NCBI RefSeq assembly: GCF_964355755.1
Contig: NC_092670.1
Coordinates: 36,568,388-36,632,387, forward strand
From: Antedon mediterranea
Lineage: Eukaryota; Animalia; Echinodermata
Reading direction: 5' to 3'
Length of the DNA stretch: 64,000 nt
Below, piece after piece: positions 12,717-24,388 of this stretch (positions are counted from its first letter, which is position 1; every line of letters begins with the position of its first letter). Position numbers and translations under genes: made by a program. The notes under the pieces were generated by a model. It searched no databases. It saw only the letters and a list, made by a program, of their open reading frames with translations, and was not told the DNA's origin.

Positions 12717-13081
12717 AGAGATCGGACAGATTTCCCCAGTTGGAATGAATCTTGTTTTACGGATAATGCCAACAACTAAATTTGAAAATGATCAATGTAG
12801 GCATAAGTGTTGACAAGATAAAAAATCGCAAACTTCAAATAATACATTAACACTGTAGGCCTAAATAAATATCAGGGGTTCTACATGGAAATCATGAGAT
12901 CAGAGATCGGACAGATTTCCCCAGTTGGAATGAATCTTGTTTTACGGATAATGCCAACAACTAAATTTGAAAATGATCAATGTAGGCATAAGTGTTGACA
13001 AGATAAAAAATCGCAAACTTCAAATAATACATTAACACTGTAGGCCTAAATAAATATCAGGGGTTCTACATGGAAATCATG
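12717..13081. repeat. Tandem direct duplication of 180 bp
   Basis: 12717-12896 is repeated at 12902-13081 with a 5-bp spacer (AGATC); no differences seen by eye. Confidence 0.92.
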
Positions 13082-13641
13082 TATGTCAACAAATGAATAG
13101 GCCCTGCATTCAAAATCAAGCGACCAGTGAACTATTATTAAGGTGGCCTACATCAACGACTTCCACACAACAGAACGATTGATCGAATTAACTTATATTG
13201 ATTTCATTCACGTCTGAACATTACAATCAATACATTATTTATGTATACTAATAATGATTTCAGGGCAAGATGATTAACTACAATAAACTGTAATATAGCT
13301 GATATAAAATGTATGTTATAATTAGCATGATATGCTAATATGTACAGTATGTTGAACTACACTAGACTCATCATAACAACTTGTTATCAAACGCTTACGA
13401 CGGTACCAAAGGTACTGTCGTAATACCTCTCTCGAGTGCTTAACATGCGCCCGACTATTCCTTGCTGCATGTAATTCTTAATTATATATATCGTGATTTA
13501 AACTATTTTCACGTTGAATTTTTCTCAGAAAACATAGTTGACGCAGGTCACTTTTTAATTCTGTTGCCGAATCATATACTGACCGGATTGTCATAATATT
13601 TCTCTTATAAAATGTAAGGATCTATCAAAGTTGTATTCTTT

Positions 13642-13774
13642 GGCTCTGTCTACACTATCAAACTGTATGTGACAACAAAGTGCGATGTGCCCAAATATGG
13701 TACTGATATGACATCATCATATCCATATATGGACATTTTGTTGTCACATAAAGTTTGATAATGTAGATAGAGCT
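13642..13774. mobile_element. Harbinger-like MITE family C (AGCTCTGTCTACACTATCAAACT ends)
   Basis: GGCTCTGTCTACACTATCAAACT ... AGTTTGATAATGTAGATAGAGCT|TTA, with an internal GATGTGCCCAAATATGG core shared with other copies. Confidence 0.8.
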
Positions 13775-13915
13775 TTATTTTTTTACATTTTAACTTTAAG
13801 CTTACCTTAGCCCAAGAAGTATACATAGTGTGGTTGACAGATTTACATCTTGGTTCAGTACAGGAAGGGATGCTAAGCTTTACTAAAGGTATATATCTGC
13901 ATTCTACGGCGACCT

Positions 13916-14058
13916 TAGTCTGGGTTCCAGATGGAGTTTTGACTTGAATATTAGTAAAAAGAAAAATATTTTGGCACATTTTGCGTTTCATACGTAAACT
14001 GAGCTTGTTTCAGACAACATCGAAAAGCCTCGAAAACTACAGACTTGGGGCAAGTCTA
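13916..14058 (+). mobile_element. Short copy of TAG...CTA family with 9-bp TSD (AcademH-like)
   Basis: TAGTCTGGGTTCCAGA ... AGACTTGGGGCAAGTCTA; flanks CGGCGACCT / CAGCAACCT match 7/9, with both differences at CpG. Confidence 0.8.
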
Positions 14059-14586
14059 CAGCAACCTGCGTACGCAGGTAATGTATGCTGAGCTGTAACT
14101 GTCAACATAGGATTAAATACTATATAATACTCATATAAACTGCCCATTGAAACACATGCATTTAGGCCATCCGATAGATGAGCTTATATCGATTCTTTAC
14201 CAAGGTTGCTCGTTGAAAACTTGTTTTCCGTTAACAAAAGCAGATGGAAGCAACAATGGAATTACATTTTTGAATACACACTTAAAATCAAGTCTGATAT
14301 GCTCCTCTCTCAAGGTTAAAGACATGTTACATTTTTACTAATAGTGGTCAAGCTGTATGCCTAAACTTAAGTCGTTTACGCTGTTAGTTAAGGTTCTTGC
14401 TAAATATGTCTGCGCACAAAAAAAAAAACCTCGTCAATAGTTCTACCACATAGCCTAGATATACATAATTTGGCGAGCGCTTAGACTACAGTTCATAATA
14501 ACTCGCATTTGCATGTACGTACTCACATTTGTAAGTCTAAAATCACGGAAGAACTCTTAGGTGAACAATTGTTTTGTCTTCTCTAA

Positions 14587-14962
14587 AGCCGATTTTCCAC
14601 TAGGCGAATTTGTTCGCGCGAATCGAAAGCGTCATGATATGCGCATGCGTATTCAAGTTTCTGTCTGTCATACTCCCTTCTGCGACGAATTCTTGTTCCT
14701 TTGATTTTTCGCTTCACCGAAATTTACTAGTTCGAATTGTTTCTACTTTTTGCGAAGAGAAATATTGCGCAACCAATCAGAGCTCAGGAAATGAGCTATG
14801 ACGCTTTCATGAGCACTCATGCGAATCGAAATGCTCAGCAACCACGCGAGGAACATGAACGTCGCAGCTATTCGCTTATGTAGTGGAAAGAGAGTAGGCG
14901 ATTTTTTCTCTCTTCGAAACATTGGATTCGCGCGAACAAATTCGCCTAATGAAAAATCGGCT
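14587..14962 (+). mobile_element. Harbinger-like MITE family A, 376 bp
   Basis: TIR AGCCGATTTTCCACTAGGCGAATTTGTTCGCGCGAATC, TAA/TTA flanks; a second copy of the same length lies at 57493-57868. Confidence 0.9.
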
Positions 14963-15254
14963 TTATAGCTTTACTCTTCCTAAATATTAACGAACAAAAA
15001 ATAATATCCAGTAATTTATTTACTGAATGTATGTATTTTTTTCTTTTTGTTTGGTGTGCACACCATTTTTATTCACATATAAAAATCATCACATCTTCAA
15101 ATGTTATCCCTTTATTTATTACTCTTTTCAGTTTGATAAATAATTAATAATGTTTTAGCCTACATTTAATAATTTCAATATTTGTAAAATTCCTTTCTCA
15201 TACTACTCCCCTGTTCATTATTGTCTTATACCTTTCTATATAATAGTATCCTGG

Positions 15255-15495
15255 ATTTATTTAGCGCCTAATGTTGTGAAACCTCTAAGCGCTGAACATT
15301 ATTACCCCAGTCATTTTTCTGATCAAACACGTATGGAAACATACTCCCATATTGCAGCTAGTAATCAGCGCAAAGTTGTGTCTTGATCTAACCGGGTACC
15401 CATTTATACACCTGGGTGGAGAGAGGAAAACGTAAGTATCTTGCCTGGATACAAGCAATGCGGCTGCGAGAATTGGATTCGAACCTCGATCTACT
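15255..15495 (-). mobile_element. tRNA-derived SINE with conserved central domain and L2-like tail
   Basis: Minus strand: B-box GGTTCGAATCC, then CCAGGCAAGATACTTA...CTCTCTCCACCCAGGTGTATAAATGGGTACC, and tail CAGCGCTTAGAG...AGGCGCTAAATAAAT; the A-box is eroded. Confidence 0.75.
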
Positions 15496-18400
15496 ATATT
15501 ATATGCCATGAGTGTATGTTATGCTATAGTTAGTTCATTGCTTGTTAATTGCGCATTACCGGAAAAAAATCACATTTTGTTCATGATATTTTCATCTCTA
15601 AATAAAAATAAGTTGTCAGAATTACAACAAGTCAATGTCGACATACAAAAATAATTTGCGTAATTTGTTTGAGGGCGCTCTGCAAGTTATACAGACACAC
15701 AAAAAGAAGCTCCATTTAATGTCAGAAGATTTGTAATCAAATGATATTGGAATTATGACATGCTATTCTTTCGTTTCCATTAATTTTATTGATTTACAGA
15801 ATAACAAAAACGTATAAAAAAAACAGCACACAAAACAAAACCAGTTTACGAGAGAACGGAAAGAGCGGCAATCACAACCAGAACAATTACTCAACAAGGC
15901 AGTGATTATTTTAAAAAAATCTTTAGATGTTCTGTACAGTAATTAAAACATAAAAATATGTCATTATATTTTTTTTCTTCAAATATGACATTTAAAAACA
16001 AATTAATAGCTGTCAAATTATTATTAATCGTATTCTGTGGCCTTCAGCAGCAAGCAAGCAGAAACATCGTTCACGTGTTGAGAAATTATTGAGATTATGA
16101 TGCCGACAAAACAAATATTAAGCCTAACAAGCTAGATTTGTAGTTGTTATAATATTGTATCTTTGTGACGTACAATCAACGTCAAATCTTCATCATAATA
16201 TTATATATGGGAACTGGATTAAAGTTTCAAAAACCTCATGACAGACAAAATAATACTTCGTCTACGAACATTACTCGATCAAGAAATTAAATTGTTCGAA
16301 CAACGATACAAGCACTGTTATACATTTGATGCAAATGACATGCTGTATCTGTTTATCAAATATTCCTTTGATGCTGGGAAAATATTTGTGTATGTGGAGA
16401 TACAACACTGAGAATCGAGTTGTTCACGAAGTTGTAAACAGAAAGAAAGGAAGGTCTCCTAAGTTCACCAAAAATGAAGTTCACCAAACATGTTATTCAT
16501 CTATCATTTAGAAACAACAATCTATTTATATTTTACGTATAGAATCTTTCTTTATTTGTGTACCGTATACATAGAATGCAAGGCCTATAAATAGATATAA
16601 ATTCTTTAGCACAATAACAATATTAATAATATAATATCAGAATCTAGAATAAAGATTCAACCGCAAATTATTATTATCTCGTCTCAATGCATTTACAAAT
16701 TCCACAATCTTGTTTAGCATTTTTTATGAGCAAGAGTTTCATCACTTCACAAGTAAAGGGAACAAATGGAGCTTAACCTGACAATGTTCTCATTCTGCTC
16801 ATAACAGAATCACTCTAGAGATTGACAATGATACAGTTCCATATAAAAGAGCTCTCTGCTGATTGAAAATAACATATTAATGAACAATGAGAAAGATATA
16901 ATAAGAAATCACAAATGCATGCAGAGCCTAATAAGAAAAGGTGCCAATTGATACGAAGTCGAAAAGATTATTACATAAAAATAATGCTAATTGACCAGAA
17001 ATTTTGAAATCGATTTCAAAATAATGAATTGAATACAAACATAGCCGCTGCAAATGTTACAAAGAAATATCAATTGAAATATCTAATTGTATTCGGTACG
17101 AGAGGATCGTCTCCTGGTCAGTGAACTTAAAGTTAAAATTAAGTCTTGTTGACCAGGTATACTCCATAATCCTTTGAAAAGAGCAAAAGTAGACGTGTTT
17201 AAATGTATAGTTTGTAGGCTTCCAAAAGCTAAGTTAGGTACATCAAATATGGAATGCAGCAACAAAACAACAAAGATACCATTTAACTATTTGGAGTTAT
17301 TAACACGGATACTTATAAATCGAAGTAAGCATAATCATTGAATTTGAGAAGTGGGTTTAGATTTTCATTTCAATCAACATTTTTTCCATCTCTTTTAAAT
17401 GAATGATAATGTTGTAAAATCAGGTTGTACTTGAAAGAGGCAAACATCTGAAACTTGTATCGGGTAAGCCAAAACGTCTCCCACCTATACATAAAAAAAT
17501 GCAACATGCATACAAAACTCCAAACAATATTATAATAATATTATAATATTGTTTGTTTATTATAAATATAGTATCAAAGGTTTTTGAATTAATTACAACA
17601 ATGCGTGGGACCCGTATTGGCTCTCTCCGCCTACGGTTTACTAACTGAAGTGGGCCTACGTTTTAAAACTTAGATGAAGGCGATGAAACTGGTTACAACA
17701 TGCGTTTTTTTTACTGATAAAGTACAGTAATCGAGTGGGAAAGGAATAAACAAACTAAATTCACTGGTACTGATTGAGATTCTATTTAAACTTTACAACC
17801 CGCCTTGGTTTAATAAAAATATATTACTGGATTCTTGGTACACTATCAATAATCATAGCGATTTATCTGTTTTAACACAATATATGTGGCGATATAATCA
17901 TTTACAACTTCAACCTCATGAACGTGCGTTACAACTTCAGGCTCATGAACGTGCGAAAATCAAAATTGGCTGGAGTCACACAATTGAGTGCGCTGTACGT
18001 CACTCGCGATGTAAACGCATTATGGGCTGGCGTAACTGAATTTAAATGTTACTATGCCGGGCCTATGGTTAACAAACATACTGTATTCAAGATAGTTTAT
18101 GTGGTAGTACTGATTTATGTCACAATTTACAGCGATATAATAGTTTGTATTATAATCTGAAAGTTCGAAATGGAGATATCATTACAACTATGGAGGGCGC
18201 TGTTATACGAATGTTACGTCACTCACGATTAAAACAGTTAAAGTAAATTGGACTATTTGAATAATTAATTTTAACACATGTAATATATTCAAGAATTATT
18301 ATAGATTATTTATTCGTCCATAAACTGGAAATTTGACTTTCCTTAGCAACTATACATAAAAGAAAACGATAACATAGTTAAAAAGTATGCTTAAAAACAA

Positions 18401-19281
18401 GAGTGTTGAATACTTAGCAAATTAAAATTCACAAAGCGTTATTAGATAAAACTGATATATAACAAGGTGTTACGACAATACTGTATACCACGCAGCCAAT
18501 CACATTTAAGTACATCGTTACATTTTCAAGAGTAAATAAGTTGATAAAATGATTCAGCTGTTCATATTTTCGATTACAATGAATTGATTTCCTTATTACA
18601 ATCTGGACAAACATCTCTAACCTTGATCTAGTGGCCTACATCGTCTTCTCCGAAGTGGACAAATTACGTAAACTCTCAACTAGAAATTCGTCTAAATTCA
18701 TGAATGAAAATGCTTACGACAATTGCGACCGTATCCCCCTAAGGTCTATTTATCTTTTCTCGACCATCAATGACGTATTTGAACTTTCCATTATCAGGTT
18801 GTGACGAGTCAAAGAGAGTGGAACGACCAGAGTTTGAACGGTTGACAGGTGTGACGTCACCATAATGCGTGACATCATAACAACAGCTTTAGCTTGCGTA
18901 GCTTAAAGGCAACTGCGTAGAATTCATGAATGCATCGACCATTTTGTAACGTAAGAAGTGTGATCGATCACATTTTTGATCTGGAGCCAAGCAGACGTAG
19001 TAAACAAGAAATTCCTGTTAACCTGCAGTGTGTACTTTTATCCATCGCTGATTAGCACTTCATTAGCCGGTAGTGAATGACAAACTCCAGTTCATTTGAA
19101 ACATTAGGGTTTTCATGCGCCGGCTAGTGTATCATAACATCTTAAATTCACAGCACAATCTCGCAGGCCTACACATTTAAATATAATATAGATATATTAA
19201 ATTACTAAACATGGCAGGGGAATTCCAACGTGATTTGCGCTTGCACTTTAGAAGAATTGGCGCGTAACTGAATTTGGCGGG

Positions 19282-19410
19282 ACTTGGTTCCCATTTGGTC
19301 GAAACGCAGGGATGATGACAACCGCACCGCAAACAATTTCATCCAATCACAATTCGACGCGATGTATCATCCGAACTGTCGCTTGTTATTGGTCACATTC
19401 ATGTCCACGT
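19282..19410. mobile_element. Eroded MITE family B copy
   Basis: ACTTGGTTCCCATTTG...CCAATCACAA...CGCTTGTTATTGGTCA. Confidence 0.55.
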
Positions 19411-19556
19411 GATATACAACATAACAAGTTACCGAATTATTATTTTAAACATGGTTTTCGATTGAATCTAGTGATTAGATTTTTTACAAACCATTTTGAC
19501 TATAAGTATTGATCACTTAAATAAACATATTTTGTAAGGATCCCTCTTAAGTAGCC

Positions 19557-19723
19557 TAGAGACTTGCCCAAAGTATGTAGTTATTTAGCTATGTTAGTTC
19601 ACCAGTAGGCGTTTCGATTTTTGTCTGAAAAATACTACGAAAATGAGAAGTATTATACGTATGAAACGACATATGTGCCAAAATATTTACCTTTTTACTA
19701 ATTTCGGTCTAGAACCTAGACTA
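19557..19723 (-). mobile_element. Short copy of TAG...CTA 9-bp-TSD family
   Basis: Reverse-complement of both family ends (GACTTGCCC... and ...GAACCTAGACTA); flanks TAAGTAGCC / TAAGTAGGT (7/9). Confidence 0.7.
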
Positions 19724-20412
19724 TAAGTAGGTATTCACTTTGTAAATTTGCATTTAGAATGATGATCAATAGTCTGCCTGGAAAGCAAGCATCATGGTAA
19801 CCGCGAAGGAATAGCTAGCCTCACAGAGTAGGCCTATCATTTCTGACTTAAGTTGATTATAGCATAGCAATATATCAGAGACCTGCAGTACAACAACATA
19901 TGCTGCAATAATCTTCCCACTCTCCGGCTTTACAGAATATTCGAGTATTACTGTCATTTATCTTTAAAAATGTACGTCCTATATTGTTGTATTGTTTGAG
20001 CGGATCTGATGTACATTAACAACATGTCGTCGCTCTTTTATTGATAATCTTTCTATACCTATTGCATCGCTATACAAAATGTCTGTGTTAATGCCTATCA
20101 TGATTCATAAAAACAGATTTTTAACAACACCGCCAATTGATTTTCCGCCACAATATTATAATTTTAAGCTTTAAAAGAAGTCGTTAGGTGCGGGTATTGT
20201 GTATTTGCTATTGTGTTACATATTTTCAATTTATAGGCACACAATCTTCTATTTATTATCATCCATAAATAATTTTAAGAAACGTTATTATCTTTTTATT
20301 ATAATAAACCTACGGTGGTCATCAGGACTGAGATGTCTGTTCAAGGTTGTACGTTTATTTTATTATGTTTATGAATACTAAAATACGCGGGTTCGAGGTC
20401 AATAGTCTATTA

Positions 20413-20552
20413 AGCTCAGTCTACACTATCAAACTAGTTTGACAAAAAAAAACGTGTGATATGCCCAAATATTGTAGTGATATGCCCAAACATGGTAGTG
20501 ATACGGTACCCGAATAAGGTACTATATGACTTCATCGTGTCCATATGGGCAC
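20413..20552. mobile_element. Truncated MITE family C copy
   Basis: TTA|AGCTCAGTCTACACTATCAAACTAGTTTGAC...GATATGCCCAAA repeated; right TIR missing. Confidence 0.75.
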
Positions 20553-21413
20553 TTAACTTCTTAGAGAGAATAATAGGTATCAGGTGGCCCGAGAAAACAG
20601 AAAATGAAGATTTGTATAAAGAATAGGAGAGATTGAGTGGAGTAAGGATGTAAAAAAAAGAAGGGTGATATGGTATAGTCATATCCTTCAATTAAATGAA
20701 AACACACCAGCTAAGATTGTTATTGCATTTTCTAGAGAAAGAAACTTTTGTATGAACCCCAGACTATAACTAATGGAATTAAAATTCGTTTTTAAACAAA
20801 TACAGGCCTAGATTATATAACAAAATACACCGAGGGGAAATGACCACTAATTAAGAGATAAGATAATTATTTACAACAACAAAAATACGATAGCTTTTTT
20901 TTTCGTATTAACAGAAAAACAGGAACTAAAAATTTAAAAACGATTAAAAAAAGGAAATCAGTGAGAATTAAAAGCAAATTACTAGAAAAAAATATCAACA
21001 AAAACCTAAATATTATATAAACGGACGAAAAACGAACTTTCAAATAATGAATTCAACAAACACAATTACAATGAAGATTCAGCAGATCATATTAATAGAA
21101 AATCAAAACATTAACCATTTCATCAGTATTACACGGAATCTAGAGTGAGTTTTGTTTTCTTTAGCTGAGCGAAAATTAGATTTAGTGGCAATACTACCAT
21201 TAGCTAATTTAAATATGATATTCTGTAATATACGTAGGCCTATTATTTGATTACGAAGTCTTTAAACGTTGGTGAAGAGAGAATATTTGTCAATAAATGA
21301 ATGTGCTTGCTGGGTAGACTGGTATATATTACATATTGACAATATAGATTTGCTTGTTTGTGTATTGGGTAATGAAGAGTTCGCCAAGTATAAAGTAAGA
21401 AAGAATAACAATA

Positions 21414-21590
21414 ATATATATAAATCCAAAGGCACTGACAAAACGACAATGTTGTGGGTATCAATGGAAATGGAGATAAAAAATAAAATAGGCAAAAAGC
21501 TAAATCAAAACGATAAAGTAAAACTGCCAGACAAGTTAGCAGAGCTTTCGGGCAACACTAGCCCTTCATCAGTGCAAGTGAAGGTACTTG
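21414..21590 (-). mobile_element. Penelope-associated short repeat (pLTR/retrozyme-like)
   Basis: Same block as 6601-6770 in the opposite orientation, carrying an intact hammerhead core and ending in (TA)n. Confidence 0.7.
21539..21575 (-). ncRNA. Minimal type I hammerhead ribozyme
   Basis: Minus strand reads GCA-CTGATGA-AGGGC-TAGTGTT-GCCC-GAAA-GC-TC-TGC: conserved CUGAUGA and GAAA cores, stem II GGGC/GCCC, palindromic AGCT stem III, cleavage triplet CUC and stem I GCA/TGC. Confidence 0.75.
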
Positions 21591-21669
21591 GATAAAATAG
21601 AGAACATGAAGCAGACAAGCGCTGGAGTGAAATAAAAGAAATAAATACAGAAGTGGCACAGGTTGATAT

Positions 21670-21671
<2 letters not shown>

Positions 21672-21709
<38 letters not shown>

Positions 21710-21945
21710 CATACTGTAAATTATAGAAACAGTGCTCATATTCGGAACATGATCTCATAATCGCGTCGAGCATAGCTCATTGGCGAAAGTTCCATATTTT
21801 TTAGTTGTATGAAAAAATGTCTCTGGCTGGATTCGAACCTGCAACCTCTCGCTTACAGGGCGAGTATCATACCACTAGACCACAGAGCCATGTATGGTAT
21901 TATCACAGATTTTCACCCACCAGATACATTCTCTCATATGAGAGA

Positions 21946-21990
<45 letters not shown>
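21672..21990. repeat. Two (TA)n microsatellites (about 21672-21706 and 21948-21990) bracketing a ~240-bp insert
   Basis: Seen directly in the sequence. Confidence 0.9.
21818..21889 (-). tRNA. tRNA-like gene or pseudogene, anticodon TGT (Thr) on a tRNA-Pro-like body
   Basis: GGCTCTG TG GTCTAGTGGTATGAT A CTCGC CCTGTAA GCGAG AGGTT GCAGG TTCGAAT CCAGC CAGAGAC A, then TTTTTT. The cloverleaf has a perfect anticodon stem, one acceptor mismatch, one T-stem mismatch and C at position 33. Confidence 0.65.
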
Positions 21991-21994
<4 letters not shown>

Positions 21995-22061
21995 CAGTAT
22001 ATCACCGTGCGGTTTAGAATTACTGTTCTTTGCCTGATTTGTTTATATATATATATATATA

Positions 22062-22180
22062 TTTATCGTTTTGATTTAGCTTTTCGCTTTTTATTTTTGT
22101 ATCTCCATTGAGATCCAGCCACTGATACCCACAGCATTGTCATTTTTTTCAGTAATTTGCCTTTGGATTTATATATATAA
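22062..22180 (+). mobile_element. Third, partial copy of the Penelope-associated short repeat
   Basis: TTTATCGTTTTGATTTAGCTTTT...CTCCATTGAGATCCAGCCACTGATACCCACAGCATTGTC...CCTTTGGATTTATATATAT is the inverse of 21414-21517. Confidence 0.8.
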
Positions 22181-22234
22181 TCAAAGAGCTGCATATGCAG
22201 GATATAGAAAAAATCAAGATCAAATAAGTTAAAC

Positions 22235-22883
22235 GATCTTCAGATAGACTGAACAATACCGTATCTCGAGGTGTTATAAGGCTTTAGTCAGGTGGTATGT
22301 AAATTTTCTTGTTATGACGACATTTGGAAATCAGTTCAGACCTTTTTTTTAACAAATTTGTTTTGTTTGCATTTAGAATACATAGCTTTTCATCTAAACA
22401 AAGACTACAACGCCCATAAGCGGCGTTCTTAGTGGAGGAATATTTAATTATTTTCCATTTAATTGTAAACATTACGTCATTACTTTTCAAAGACCATACG
22501 TACTTTGAGAGCTCGGATTCTTTACTGTACGTTTCTTTTTTGAAAGATTTCTTGTGATTGTTAAACCTAGTTTTAAACTGCCCACCCGTCATACCAATAT
22601 ATGTCTTAGTTTCGTTATTGGTTATGACGTCGGCGTAGTAGACAATTTCAGATGCGAGGCATGAACCATTTAGGGGGCATTCGGGTTTGTTGCGGCAATT
22701 GCACGCACTTTCTCGTTCTGTATGGGGGTTCAGTACATTCTGGTTATGCTTGTTAATTACATTTTTTACACATGGCATACAACTATAGCTTACTTTAACA
22801 TTGTTCTTATTAAATATTTTATGTAATACGTGTCCATTGGGAAAATGTTTTTTAATTAATTGTAAAAAAAATCTGTACTGCAT
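22235..22883 (-). mobile_element. 5'-truncated Penelope-like retroelement: linker plus GIY-YIG endonuclease (Naiad-type signature)
   Basis: 199-aa ORF with KHFP..H.LHKIFN.N.VKVSYSCM, CNCR...CPLNG.CL, IVY...YIGMT...FKTRFNNH, C.LCL.EK and KRSELISKCRH. No RT domain is present. CTGAAGATCG, a half hammerhead, lies just downstream. Confidence 0.88.
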
Positions 22884-23292
22884 ATACTGTTAAAGTCTCG
22901 AGTTTAGTTTATCTCGTCTTTTAAAACTTTCATTACGAAACATTATTAGTGACATATGGCAAATACATATCCACGGATATACAATTTTAGCTACGCACTT
23001 TGAAACGTGTTATAGTTTGGGTTTTCATAACTTTCATGCAATACGCTCAACCAAAAGGCTACACGAGCAGTTTCTGAAAACAAACCATTTTCAGTAATTT
23101 CAGTTATCGATATTTTGTTACGTTTCAGTAGTACCATATCTTCCACGTCATGTATTTTTAAATAAACATATTAAAACATGTTTATTTGATCATTTACACA
23201 CGATATTCATAACAAACACGTTAATATAATAATAGTTGACATGTATCATGAAGCCAAAGTTAACCGAATTTACTGCAGTACGTATTATTGCA

Positions 23293-23458
23293 TAGTCTGG
23301 GTTCCAGACAGAGTTTTTTTTTTAATATTAGTAAAAAGATAAATATTTTGGCACATATGGCGTTTCATACGTATACTACTTGAGTTTGGATTTTCGGACA
23401 AAAATCGAAATAAAACAAATTATAAAAAAGCAATGAATACCGACTTGGGGCAAGTCAA
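23293..23458 (+). mobile_element. Short copy of TAG...CTA 9-bp-TSD family
   Basis: TAGTCTGGGTTCCAGAC ... GACTTGGGGCAAGTCAA; flanks ATTATTGCA / TTTTTTGCA (7/9). Confidence 0.78.
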
Positions 23459-24388
23459 TTTTTTGCACTGTTACATGATTTAGCAAATGCTATATAGGTC
23501 TGTGGTCCAATAAAGATATTTACGTACGGCTTTGTAAATAAATAGCTAAATTGTGTTCAGTAAACAGACTCGCGTGTACTAGCCTACTCTATCACTAAAT
23601 AAGACGTGTCACAAGTTGACGTATACAGTTCCTAATTGACACCTCCACACTGTAAATGTTGCAGCGTAAATGAAGAATAGGCGCATGTTGACACAGTGCC
23701 CTGATAGAAATGGCCTTAATGTTGATTGACAATGTATGACTGGTAAGGAATTCAATCATTATTTCTGCCCTCATTTTTTTGTTTCGTATTCTTAAAATAC
23801 AACAGTAATCACCAGTTAATTAGAAAGATGCCACGAGAGGAATCTGAGATGATAGAGGGCCAAGTGTCATGGCCACACATTCTCCAGTACATTACTCGAA
23901 TAATTATCATAATGGGTGCAATATATCATAGGTAGTCGGTGATACAGAAAGTATCACATGTATCATATGCCTTACTTCCTTAAAATACAAACGCCGCATG
24001 TAATTCATGTGGCACTAAATAACTAGATACAGAATAGGAAAGAGTTTTTAAGACAACTGATACGTAGGCTATACATTGTTTTTCGACCTATTGGATGATA
24101 GAATGATATAGAATGTTGTAAACCATCACCCGTTGTATTCACTCCTTGCTTGTATCATCTTAGTCTTTTATTCTATACGAATATAATAATATTAAACACT
24201 AGGCCTAACAACAAAAAGTAAATTGAAAAACATCGGAAAACATGAATAAAAGTTTGTAACTATTAATAGAAAATATTTTGTTCGTTAAAATGTAAAGATA
24301 ATAACCACTGAAACATACCTTACACTTAAAATGATGACATAATCGAAAAAAAAAAAGAAGATAAAAGCACGTACGTATTCAACAATAA

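Noticed and set aside
14610-14801. Duplicated 63-aa ORF (also at 57516-57707) as a small gene family
   Set aside because: Both lie within MITE family A copies and start with TTG; the similarity reflects the repeat.
16880-17500. Decayed LINE reverse-transcriptase tail on the minus strand
   Set aside because: Only faint resemblance (IPYLMY...AFGS) across frameshifts; not enough to call without an alignment.
22228-22245. Hammerhead ribozyme downstream of the GIY-YIG ORF
   Set aside because: Only CTGAAGATCG is present on the minus strand; stem II closure and GAAA are missing.
22284-22883. Selenoprotein-type Penelope (Naiad) element
   Set aside because: The conserved Cys positions (SYSCM, CNCR, CPL, CSLC, KCRH) are all ordinary Cys codons; there is no in-frame TGA and no recognisable SECIS in the short 3' remnant.
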